Source: an uncultured Gemmatimonadaceae bacterium (GTDB lineage: Bacteria > Gemmatimonadota > Gemmatimonadetes > Gemmatimonadales > Gemmatimonadaceae). Taken from it: a stretch of 64,000 nt of DNA. Position 1 is the first letter of the stretch; each line of letters begins with the position of its first letter. The translations under genes and the position numbers were made by a program. This document shows positions 55,992 to 64,000 of the stretch, piece by piece. The notes beneath the pieces are model-generated. The model was not told the origin of the DNA. It was given only the letters and a program-made list of their open reading frames with translations, and searched no databases. The stretch covers positions 320,001 to 384,000 of the forward strand of contig CAWAGQ010000011.1 in the NCBI GenBank assembly GCA_963781585.1, given 5' to 3'.

Positions 55992-56159
55992 ATGAACCGC
56001 ATCCGCAGTTTCCTCAAGTCCGACGACGCCATCGCCGTGACCGAGTACGGTCTCCTGATCGCCCTCGTCGCCATCGCCCTGATCGCCGTCGTCACGATCT
56101 TCGGGCAGCAGATCAGCTCATGGTTCTCGCGCAAGACCGGCCAGATCACCACCGTCTGA
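55992..56159 (+). CDS. flp: Flp family (Tad) pilin 1
   Basis: RBS GAGG; 'DDAIAVTEYGLLIALVAIALIA'. Confidence 0.93.
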   Translation: MNRIRSFLKSDDAIAVTEYGLLIALVAIALIAVVTIFGQQISSWFSRKTGQITTV

Positions 56160-56272
56160 CCGAGCGCTGGCGAAAAACACAAACGCGGATGCGTCTGGTG
56201 GTGCGGCACGGAGCATCGTGCCCGCCGCCGGCGCTACGCGCCAATCGCTGCACCAAAACGAGAGGTACGGGC

Positions 56273-56461
56273 ATGGTGAGGGACTGGGGTCAGGTCAAGC
56301 GCAGGCTCCGTCGACTCGGGGCGGATGACGCAATCGCGGTTACCGAGTACGGTCTGCTGATCGCGCTGGTGGCACTCGCCCTCATCGCCGTGCTGACCAT
56401 ATTCGGTGGGTCGATCTCGAGCTGGTTTGCCCGGAAGACAGGACAAATCACGACGGTGTAG
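56273..56461 (+). CDS. flp: Flp family pilin 2
   Basis: RBS GAGG; near-identical mature sequence 'AVTEYGLLIALVALALIA...KTGQITTV'. Confidence 0.92.
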   Translation: MVRDWGQVKRRLRRLGADDAIAVTEYGLLIALVALALIAVLTIFGGSISSWFARKTGQITTV

Positions 56462-56544
56462 CGTACGCGGCGTGGCTCCGGCGCACTTTCGGCGTCCGTC
56501 GCGACGCTGTGGCGAGGAACCACGCAACGGCGGACTGGAAGACA

Positions 56545-57087
56545 ATGCTTCTGCAATCGCCGCATGGCCCGGCCTGGGGGGCGCTGTTCACGGCGCTGCT
56601 TGTCGCAGGCTGCGTGGCAGACGTTAAGTGGCGGCGGATCCCGAATGGCCTGGTTCTGGCAATTGCCATCACCGGACTCTGCCATTCCATTACCACACGA
56701 CCGGTCTGGCAGGGTCTCGGTTCCAGTGTGGCCGGGCTTCTGTTAGGCTTTGTGATCTGGATCGTCTTTTACGTCGCGGGCGTTCTCGGCGCCGGCGACG
56801 TCAAGTTCTTTGCTGCGGCTGGCGCCTGGCTCGGCCCCGCGGCGACCTGGCGCGCAGCGCTGGTCGCCGGCGTGGCTGGTGGGGTGCTCGCCGTCTTATA
56901 TCTGGTTCGCGAACGACGGCTGGCCAGTACCGTCCGTCGCATGGCCCTTGCAACGTCGTCCCGTACGCCGGCGCTCTTCGGGGAGATGCCCGACGCCGCG
57001 GGTTCAACACGGCGACACCTTCCGTACGGGGTGGCTCTGGCACTGGGCGCGCTGACGGCGGCATGGGTGCCGCACCTTCTGGCGTAG
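56545..57087 (+). CDS. cpaA: Prepilin peptidase CpaA/TadV (A24)
   Basis: 'DVKWRRIPN', 'GAGDVK', 'LPYGVAL'. Confidence 0.92.
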   Translation: MLLQSPHGPAWGALFTALLVAGCVADVKWRRIPNGLVLAIAITGLCHSITTRPVWQGLGSSVAGLLLGFVIWIVFYVAGVLGAGDVKFFAAAGAWLGPAATWRAALVAGVAGGVLAVLYLVRERRLASTVRRMALATSSRTPALFGEMPDAAGSTRRHLPYGVALALGALTAAWVPHLLA

Positions 57088-57097
57088 GGGAGCCACG

Positions 57098-57523
57098 ATG
57101 AATCCGTTCTACAGACTGAAACGATTTGCCCGCGGCGACCGCGCGGCGGCGATCATTGAGTTCGCGCTGGTTGTTCCGATTCTCTTTCTCATGGTCTGGG
57201 GCATCATCAACTTCAGCAGGGCCTATCAGCGGCTGAACACGCTGAGTGCTTCGCTCCGAGAGGGAGTGCGGTACCGGAGCACTCTGGCCAACCCGGATAC
57301 CTCCTGGATGCGCGACTCGGTCTGCCTACGCGTTTACACCTTTTCGAGCGCGTTTGGTTTCCCCATCGACACCAGTCAGATCCAGGTGCCCGCGTCGAAC
57401 ACTCTTGATGTACGTGTACGCGTGACGAACTACCCGCTCTTTTCCGGACTGAACTTCCTCGGCAACACCCTGAGCTCCATCCGGGTGACCCGGGAAGCCA
57501 TCTTCAGGTGGGAGCGATCGTAG
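57098..57523 (+). CDS. tadE: TadE family pseudopilin
   Basis: 'AAAIIEFALVVPILFLMVWGIINF...REGVR'. Confidence 0.88.
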   Translation: MNPFYRLKRFARGDRAAAIIEFALVVPILFLMVWGIINFSRAYQRLNTLSASLREGVRYRSTLANPDTSWMRDSVCLRVYTFSSAFGFPIDTSQIQVPASNTLDVRVRVTNYPLFSGLNFLGNTLSSIRVTREAIFRWERS

Positions 57524-57593
57524 CGGGGCTTCCTCGAAGTTGCCGGCCGGGCGGCGGGGCGGAACGTGTCGTTAGGCAGATCCCTCGAACCAC

Positions 57594-58550
57594 GTGGTGC
57601 GTATGGCTGCAAAACGTTACTCGCTGGTCTTCTACGGAGCCGTGATCGTGGCCGTCGTGGCCACCTACGGCGTCTGGCGCGTGATCGAATCCACCAAGGC
57701 CAGCAACCGGATCGTCACCGGCCCGGTGGTGGTGGCGACCCGGGACATTCCGGAAGCGCTCATCATTGACCGGCTGGCGCTGGCCGTTGCCCAGTGGCCG
57801 CTGACCACCATCCCTCCCGGCGCGTACACGCGCATCGATTCGGTGGTCGGTCGGGTGACCAAGGTCCCCATCTTCAACGGGGAACCCATGGTACCCGGGC
57901 GACTCGCGCCGCAGGGAACGTCGCCCGGACTCGAGACCAAGATCACGCCCGGCAAGCGCGCGATGTCGGTCCGCGTCAATGACGTCTCGGGCGTTGCGGG
58001 GATGATCCAGCCCAACAGCCGCGTGGACATCCTCTACACGGCCAATCCCGGGAGCGATGGTCAGGAGCGCAAGTCAAAGCTGTTCATGAACAACATGCGC
58101 ATCCTCGCGATGGGCCAGCAGACGCAGCGAGGCCAGGACGGTCGTCCGATTCAAACCTCGGTGGCGACCATCGAGGTGATGCCGGAGGAGGGTGAGTTGC
58201 TCGCTGCGGCCCTGGCGCAGGGTTCGTTCCAGCTGCTGCTTCGCGGGTACGGCGACCCGGACTCGGTTGAAACGAGGGGAGCTACTGGGAGAGACGTCGC
58301 CGCGAGCCTGCGAGATGTCCCAGTGCGCTCATCCCGCCCGGCGCCGCGAGTCGCCACGTCCCACGTGTCGCCCCAACCCCATCCGATCGAAGAGCCTCCA
58401 CCAGTCGCGCCGGCCCCACCGCCCGTCGTGCAGAAGGCTGCCCAGAAACCCGACTCGCTTGTCATCCAGATGTTCAAGGGGAGCAAGCGCACGGACATCA
58501 AGCTGGCGCGAGACTCGGTCAGGCCTGACACGGGATCCACCAGGCCATAG
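57594..58550 (+). CDS. cpaB: Flp pilus assembly protein CpaB/RcpC
   Basis: SAF domain 'VVVATRDIP', 'GKRAMSVRVNDVSGVAGMIQPNSRVD', 'LLLR'. Confidence 0.92.
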   Translation: MVRMAAKRYSLVFYGAVIVAVVATYGVWRVIESTKASNRIVTGPVVVATRDIPEALIIDRLALAVAQWPLTTIPPGAYTRIDSVVGRVTKVPIFNGEPMVPGRLAPQGTSPGLETKITPGKRAMSVRVNDVSGVAGMIQPNSRVDILYTANPGSDGQERKSKLFMNNMRILAMGQQTQRGQDGRPIQTSVATIEVMPEEGELLAAALAQGSFQLLLRGYGDPDSVETRGATGRDVAASLRDVPVRSSRPAPRVATSHVSPQPHPIEEPPPVAPAPPPVVQKAAQKPDSLVIQMFKGSKRTDIKLARDSVRPDTGSTRP

Positions 58551-58555
58551 CGGCG

Positions 58556-59758
58556 GTGCTACGTGAATTCGCCAGGTACCAATACCGGAGGTATCGCTTG
58601 AACGGAACAGTCCATCGGGGCCCGCGCGCCCTCGGCGCCTTTAGTCTGGTGCTTGCCACGCTCCTGGCCGCACCGGCGAGGGCGCAGCAGCCGCAGACGC
58701 CGGTCACCCCCCTCGACCTTCCCGTCGGGCGGTCCTATCCCATCCGTACCGACGCCAACGTCACCCGCATCTCGATCGCCGATCCCGAGGTCGCCGATGT
58801 CCTGGCCGTCTCGGAGAACGAGGTCGTTATCAACTCGATGAAGCCTGGGGAGACCGACGCCATCATCTGGCTCGCTGACGGAACGCGCACCCACTATCGC
58901 ATCCAGGTGCACTCGCCGTCCGACCGGAAGCAGATCGCGATCGGGGTGAAGTTCGCCGAGGTCCGGCGCGACGCGCTCCGCAACATTGGATTCTCGGGAC
59001 TCTGGCGTGATCAACGTACTCGGGTAGGAACCGGCATCTTCAACTCCGACGCCGGAATCGACCCGACAACTGGCGAGGTCACCATCCCGACCTCGTCCAG
59101 ATTCCTGACTGTTCTCAGCGATCTTGGCACCAACGACATCCTCGCCTTTCTGAACGCCGAGGAGCAGACCGGGAAAGCCCGCATCCTGGCCGAGCCCAAC
59201 CTGCTTGCCGGGAACAAGGACACCGCGAGTTTTCTCGCCGGCGGCGAGCTGCCGATCCCCGTAGTGCAGTCTTCCCAGGGCCAGAACGGTGCGGTTTCGA
59301 TCCAGTTTCGCGAATTCGGGATCCGCCTGAGGTTCGTGGGCGAGATCATCAGCGACAGCCTCATCAAGCTCTCTGTAACACCGGAAGTCTCGAGTCTCGA
59401 CTTCACGAATGCCATCACGCTCCAGGGGTTCCGTATTCCAGCGCTCCGCACGCGGCGCGTGAGCAGCACGCTCGACGTCAAGCGCGATGAGAGCCTCATC
59501 ATCTCCGGGATGTTCGACACCGAGGACGAAAACGTCCGCACGGGGCTTCCGTTCCTGAAGGACATCCCCATTCTCGGACTCCTGTTCTCGGATACCCGCT
59601 GGCAGCGCAGCGAGACCGAGCTGCTGGTGGTCGTGACCCCCGTAATCGTTGATCCGATGAATCCACGCGCGCAGGACATATTGCGCATGCCGTCCGACAC
59701 GTCGCGTCCGGCGCTGGACGCACTCAAGAAGCGTCTTCCGCCGCCCAAGAAGCCCTGA
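58556..59758 (+). CDS. cpaC: Tad secretin CpaC/RcpA
   Basis: 'IADPEVADV', 'LAEPNL...ASFLAGGELPIP', 'LPFLKDIPILGLLF', 'ETELLVVVTP'; start uncertain. Confidence 0.92.
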   Translation: MLREFARYQYRRYRLNGTVHRGPRALGAFSLVLATLLAAPARAQQPQTPVTPLDLPVGRSYPIRTDANVTRISIADPEVADVLAVSENEVVINSMKPGETDAIIWLADGTRTHYRIQVHSPSDRKQIAIGVKFAEVRRDALRNIGFSGLWRDQRTRVGTGIFNSDAGIDPTTGEVTIPTSSRFLTVLSDLGTNDILAFLNAEEQTGKARILAEPNLLAGNKDTASFLAGGELPIPVVQSSQGQNGAVSIQFREFGIRLRFVGEIISDSLIKLSVTPEVSSLDFTNAITLQGFRIPALRTRRVSSTLDVKRDESLIISGMFDTEDENVRTGLPFLKDIPILGLLFSDTRWQRSETELLVVVTPVIVDPMNPRAQDILRMPSDTSRPALDALKKRLPPPKKP

Positions 59759-59783
59759 TGGCGATGGAACTGACCGTGTCTGC

Positions 59784-60974
59784 ATGAACCGCCAGGCCCT
59801 GATCATTGGCGACGCGGTTGGCGCCGAGTCGGCGCTGGAGCAGACGCTCCAGCGCTACGGCTACACGACCATCCTCCACCGTCCCGGCGTGGCGGAAGGG
59901 CTGGAGTTCATAGGTCACGAGCACGTGGACCTGCTGTTCGTCCCCATCGACGCGGTGGATGAGCTCCAGCTCGCGGCGATCGACCGGGCGGGCCGACGCG
60001 AGCGGCACATGGGCGTCGTGGCCACCGGTCCGCGCACTGATCCGGAACTCATGCTCCGCGCAATGCGCGCGGGGATCCAGGAGTTCCTCGTCCGCCCCGT
60101 GGTGCTCGCCGACCTGGTCTCCGCAGTGGAGCGGCTGCATCGGCGAACAAACCTGGGAGTGACAAGTGGTCAGGTGTACGCCGTGTTCAGCTCCAAGGGA
60201 GGCGTGGGAACGAGCACGATCGCCCTCAACCTGGCGTACGCGCTGGCGTGCAATCACAAGGAAGCGCGAGTCGCGATTGCCGACCTGGCGATTCCCGGTG
60301 GCGACATCCGCGTCCTGCTCAACGTGCGGCCGTCGTACGACCTGGGCGACCTGGCTGCCAAGATCGACCGGGTGGATCGCGAGCTCCTCAACTCCGTACT
60401 CGTGCCGGCCACCGACGGCCTCTGGGTTCTGGCCGCACCCGAGCGGCCGGAAGCCGAGGAAATGATAGACGCCAACGTCGTATCGAGCGTGATCCAGCAG
60501 CTGCGCGGGGCCTTCAACTACAGCGTGGTCGATTGCGAGACCCAGATGAGCGACCGCACGCTGGCGGCGCTCGACGCATCGGACCGGATCATCCTCATCA
60601 CCGAGCTGAAGGTCCCGGCCATGCGCGCGGCGCAGCGGACGCTGGGGCTCTTCCGGCGGCTCGGCTACCCCAACGAGAAGCTGTGCGTGGTGGTGAACCG
60701 GTATCAGTCGGGCGATGTGGTCTCGGCGGCGGAAGCCGCCGACGTCCTCAAGACCGACCTGTTCTTCAAGCTGCCTAACGACTACCGGACGGCCTCGGAG
60801 TCGGCCACCGCCGGCGTCCCGATCGCCAAGAGCCACCCCGAGTCGAAGCTCGCCTGGGGATTCCTGCAACTGGCCCAGAAGCTGGGTGGCGGAGCGCTCG
60901 CCAGCGCCGACCGCGCCGGGACCAACGGGTCGCGCAAGGCCATTCGCAGTCTGTTCACGCGAAAGAGGAGTTGA
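59784..60974 (+). CDS. cpaE: CpaE/TadZ pilus localisation ATPase with receiver-like N-terminal domain
   Basis: '[10 protein letters not shown]', deviant Walker A 'KGGVGTST', 'VVNR', 'LPND'. Confidence 0.9.
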   Translation: MNRQALIIGDAVGAESALEQTLQRYGYTTILHRPGVAEGLEFIGHEHVDLLFVPIDAVDELQLAAIDRAGRRERHMGVVATGPRTDPELMLRAMRAGIQEFLVRPVVLADLVSAVERLHRRTNLGVTSGQVYAVFSSKGGVGTSTIALNLAYALACNHKEARVAIADLAIPGGDIRVLLNVRPSYDLGDLAAKIDRVDRELLNSVLVPATDGLWVLAAPERPEAEEMIDANVVSSVIQQLRGAFNYSVVDCETQMSDRTLAALDASDRIILITELKVPAMRAAQRTLGLFRRLGYPNEKLCVVVNRYQSGDVVSAAEAADVLKTDLFFKLPNDYRTASESATAGVPIAKSHPESKLAWGFLQLAQKLGGGALASADRAGTNGSRKAIRSLFTRKRS

Positions 60975-60976
60975 CG

Positions 60977-62389
60977 ATGTCGCTCGTGGATCGCCTGACC
61001 GGTCGAAGGACCCCTGCCGCGAACAAGGCGGTGGCCGACGTCATCGAGCCCGATGTCGCCGAAGCCGCAACCCCGCCCGCCGAGGGCGTTCGTGGCTCGA
61101 ACCTGTTCTCGCGAGCCATCGAACAGGACGTCCTGAGCCCGATCGACCAGCTCAAGGTGGACATACACCACCGCCTCATCACCCGTCTGGACCTGGAGGC
61201 GCTGGAGCAGATCAAGGACGAGGGCGAGATCACGGCGCAGATCCGGCTGGCGGTGAGCGAGTTCCTGCGCACGGAGTCAACTCCGCTGTCCCAGGCCGAG
61301 CGCGAGGAAATCGTCGAGCACATCGTCTGGGAGATCACCGGCCTCGGCCCCATCGAGCCGTTCTTCCGCGATCCCAGCATCACCGACATCCTGGTCAACA
61401 ACGCCCACAACATCTTCATCGAGCGCAAGGGAAAGCTGCGCCGCGTGCACGCGCAGTTCCGCAACGACGCCCACCTGATGGCGGTCATCGACCGCATCGT
61501 GAGCCGGGTGGGACGGCGCGTCGACGAGTCGTCACCGATGGTGGACGCGCGCCTCCCCGATGGCTCGCGCGTCAACGCCATCATCCCGCCGCTGGCCCTC
61601 GACGGTCCGGTCCTGTCGATCCGGCGATTCGGCGCCGACCTCTCGGTCCAGCAGCTCCTCGAAAACGGGAGCATGACGGCGGACATGTTCAAGGTGACGT
61701 CGGGGTGTGTGAAGGCGCGACTCAACGTCCTGATCTCGGGTGGAACGGGCTCGGGCAAGACCACCATGCTCAACGCCCTCAGCTCTTTCATTCCGTCAGA
61801 CGAACGCCTCATCACAATCGAGGACGCAGCGGAGCTCAAGATGCAGCAGGAGCACGTGGTGCGCCTGGAGACGAGGCCACCCAACTCGGAGGGACGGGGC
61901 GAGGTCATCGCCCGCGACCTGGTCAAGAACGCGTTGCGCATGCGTCCCGACCGGATCATCGTCGGAGAGGTTCGAGGCGCCGAAGCCCTCGACATGCTCC
62001 AGGCCATGAACACCGGCCACGAAGGGTCGTTGAGCACCATCCACGCCAACTCGCCTCGCGACGCGCTGTCGCGTCTGGAGACGATGATCCTGATGGCCGG
62101 CACGAACCTGCCCAACCGCGCCATGCGCGAGCAGATCGCCTCGGCGCTGGACGTGATCATCCAGGTGCAGCGTCTGGCCGACGGTACACGCCGCGTCGTC
62201 AGCATCACCGAGGTCACGGGCATGGAAGGCGAGATCGTGACCACCCAGGAGATCTTCCGGTTCCGCCGGAAAGGCGTGAATCCCGACGGCAGGATCGTGG
62301 GAGCGTTCGAGCCGAGCGGAATCCGTCCCCTCTTCACCGACAGGCTCCGGATCTCCGGCGTAGATCTGCCCACCGGTCTTTTCGACTAG
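60977..62389 (+). CDS. cpaF: Tad pilus ATPase CpaF/TadA
   Basis: '[19 protein letters not shown]', GGTGSGKTT, 'TIEDAAEL', '[15 protein letters not shown]', 'AMNTGHEG'. Confidence 0.97.
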   Translation: MSLVDRLTGRRTPAANKAVADVIEPDVAEAATPPAEGVRGSNLFSRAIEQDVLSPIDQLKVDIHHRLITRLDLEALEQIKDEGEITAQIRLAVSEFLRTESTPLSQAEREEIVEHIVWEITGLGPIEPFFRDPSITDILVNNAHNIFIERKGKLRRVHAQFRNDAHLMAVIDRIVSRVGRRVDESSPMVDARLPDGSRVNAIIPPLALDGPVLSIRRFGADLSVQQLLENGSMTADMFKVTSGCVKARLNVLISGGTGSGKTTMLNALSSFIPSDERLITIEDAAELKMQQEHVVRLETRPPNSEGRGEVIARDLVKNALRMRPDRIIVGEVRGAEALDMLQAMNTGHEGSLSTIHANSPRDALSRLETMILMAGTNLPNRAMREQIASALDVIIQVQRLADGTRRVVSITEVTGMEGEIVTTQEIFRFRRKGVNPDGRIVGAFEPSGIRPLFTDRLRISGVDLPTGLFD

Positions 62390-62395
62390 CAGCGC

Positions 62396-63355
62396 ATGCA
62401 GCTTCTGATTCTCGCCCTCGTCTTCCTCGGCACCGTCGGCCTGCTGGTCGGCGGCTACGTGTTCGTCAACCGCAGATCTCTGGCGGCCAGCGAAGCGGCG
62501 CTGGAGCGCCTGCGCGATATCGAGCACGCGCCGCAGTCGGCGCGAAGCATCCTCCGCGACACGAGCGCCAGCAACGTTCCAATGCTCGATCGCCTGCTCG
62601 CGGGCCGCGGGATGACCGATGTCATGACGCGCCGATTGCTCCGCGCCGGACTCACCATGACCCCGGGGAGCTTCCTGCTGCGCGCGGCACTCAGTGTGGT
62701 TTCAGGGCTCCTGGTCGGACGGTACATCTCGTCGAGTACAGTGACGGTGCTCATGGGTGGGATCGTCGGTGCTGGGCTGCCCTTCGCCTGGTTACGAATG
62801 AAGCAAGGCAAACGCTTGCGGTCGTTCCAGGACCAGCTTCCCGATGCCATCGACATGATGGTGAGCGCCATGAAGTCGGGGTACTCGTTCCAGGCGGCGA
62901 TGAAGTTCATCGGCGAGGAAGTGCCGGACCCGCTCGGTCCCGAGTTTGCGCGCTTCTACGAAGAGCAGCGGTTGGGGATGGAAGTGCGCACGGCACTCCT
63001 GGAGCTCCAGGAACGCATCGACAGCCTCGACCTGCGAATGCTGGTCACCGCCATCCTCATCCAGCGCGAGACCGGCGGCAACCTGGGCGAAGTACTCGAG
63101 AAGATCAGCACCCTGATGCGGTCGCGGATGGCGCTCAAGGGTGAGATCCAGACACTGACCGCCGAATCGAAGCTCTCGGCCAGGATCCTGGGCGCGCTCC
63201 CGTTCATCGTTTTCGGTGCGGTCAGCATACTCAACCCCGGATTTCTGAAACCGCTGCTGCAGACGTCCTTCGGGCCGTGGCTGCTGCTCGGTGCCACCCT
63301 TTCGGTGGCGTTCGGTTACTGGGTCATGATGAAGATCGCCGACATCGATATCTAG
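62396..63355 (+). CDS. tadB: TadB (T2SS F family)
   Basis: 'FQDQLPDAID', 'IQRETGGNL', 'LTAESKLS'. Confidence 0.93.
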   Translation: MQLLILALVFLGTVGLLVGGYVFVNRRSLAASEAALERLRDIEHAPQSARSILRDTSASNVPMLDRLLAGRGMTDVMTRRLLRAGLTMTPGSFLLRAALSVVSGLLVGRYISSSTVTVLMGGIVGAGLPFAWLRMKQGKRLRSFQDQLPDAIDMMVSAMKSGYSFQAAMKFIGEEVPDPLGPEFARFYEEQRLGMEVRTALLELQERIDSLDLRMLVTAILIQRETGGNLGEVLEKISTLMRSRMALKGEIQTLTAESKLSARILGALPFIVFGAVSILNPGFLKPLLQTSFGPWLLLGATLSVAFGYWVMMKIADIDI

Positions 63356-63364
63356 GCAGATGGA

Positions 63365-64000
63365 ATGAGCCCACTCCTGATTGCTCTGCTCGCGTTTGGC
63401 GCCGTCGCCATCATCGTGGCGGGTGCAGCGCTCTACTCGATGCTCCAGCGGCGCGAGCTGCTCCGGCGAGCGACGGAGGAGATGGATTTCGATACGGCAA
63501 CGCGGTTGTTGCGGCCGGAGGAGGGTGGGGGCGGGAAGCTGCGGGCGCGGCTGGAGGCAATGGCAAAGCAGCGCGCCACCGATGCCGAGATGCAATCGAA
63601 GCTCGTGCAGGCGGGATTCGATTCCACCACCGCGCCGGCGGTCTTCTTCCTGTCGCGCATCGGATCGTTCGTCCTGATACCTGTCGTTGCGTTCGTCTTG
63701 GTTCCCCGGCGCGAATACGTGCTGCTGATCATGACGATGGCCGTGGCGGTGTTCTTCGGGCTCATCCTGCCGGTGGCGCTGCTTGACCGGTTCGTCCGGC
63801 TCCGGCAGGAGCGGATCAGGCGGTCCGTCCCCGATGCCCTGGACCTCCTGGTGGTGTGCGTGGAAGCGGGAATCTCGCTGGATGCGGCCATTCTGCGGGT
63901 GGCCCGGGAGATCCGGCTGGTACACCCGGAGCTGGCGCACGAGCTGGCGGTGGTGAACCGCGTGACCAATGCGGGCATCCCGAGGGAGGAGGCGTTGCGC
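63365..64000 (+). CDS. tadC: TadC (T2SS F family), 3'-truncated by window edge
   Basis: Not in the ORF track; my translation MSPLLIALL...'PDALDLLVVCVEAGISLDAAILRV'. Confidence 0.9.
   Translation, partial: MSPLLIALLAFGAVAIIVAGAALYSMLQRRELLRRATEEMDFDTATRLLRPEEGGGGKLRARLEAMAKQRATDAEMQSKLVQAGFDSTTAPAVFFLSRIGSFVLIPVVAFVLVPRREYVLLIMTMAVAVFFGLILPVALLDRFVRLRQERIRRSVPDALDLLVVCVEAGISLDAAILRVAREIRLVHPELAHELAVVNRVTNAGIPREEALR

Noticed and set aside
54500..59760. Genomic island suggested by slightly lower GC around the Tad genes
   Set aside because: No integrase, tRNA or flanking direct repeats seen, and the host octamer still occurs here (56741, 57570); the GC shift was not quantified.
60715..63144. 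809-aa alternative-frame ORF and many other long antisense or off-frame ORFs
   Set aside because: Arg/Pro/Ala-rich shadows expected in high-GC DNA, overlapping well-supported genes.

Overview
High-GC (roughly 70% by eye) bacterial chromosome segment. The gene content (ADOP permease with PadR, kinase-TPR protein, Big_2 lipoprotein, stand-alone GroES-like gene) suggests Gemmatimonadota; this is an inference. Most of it is housekeeping and envelope genes: a TetR-TolC-MFP-RND efflux operon, DedA, a PLP decarboxylase with EamA and an ABC-2 exporter, an ABC ATPase with an ABC-permease/M1-aminopeptidase fusion, mscL, a PhzF-like gene, pruA, nfo, lepB, a SWIB protein, RidA, a bacilliredoxin, a Ser/Thr kinase, a Mo/W ABC permease and ATPase, an AbrB-MazF toxin-antitoxin pair, a full sufR-BCDSU-Rieske operon, PadR-ADOP, and a Tad/Flp pilus locus that runs off the right end. 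I found no rRNA, tRNA, CRISPR array, integrase or transposase. The most unusual signals are at DNA level. (1) An octamer GCCTAACG/CGTTAGGC is scattered on both strands and written into genes through rare TTA and CCT codons. (2) Intergenic 7-bp tandem repeats follow a polarity rule: one strand follows stop codons and the complementary strand precedes start codons.
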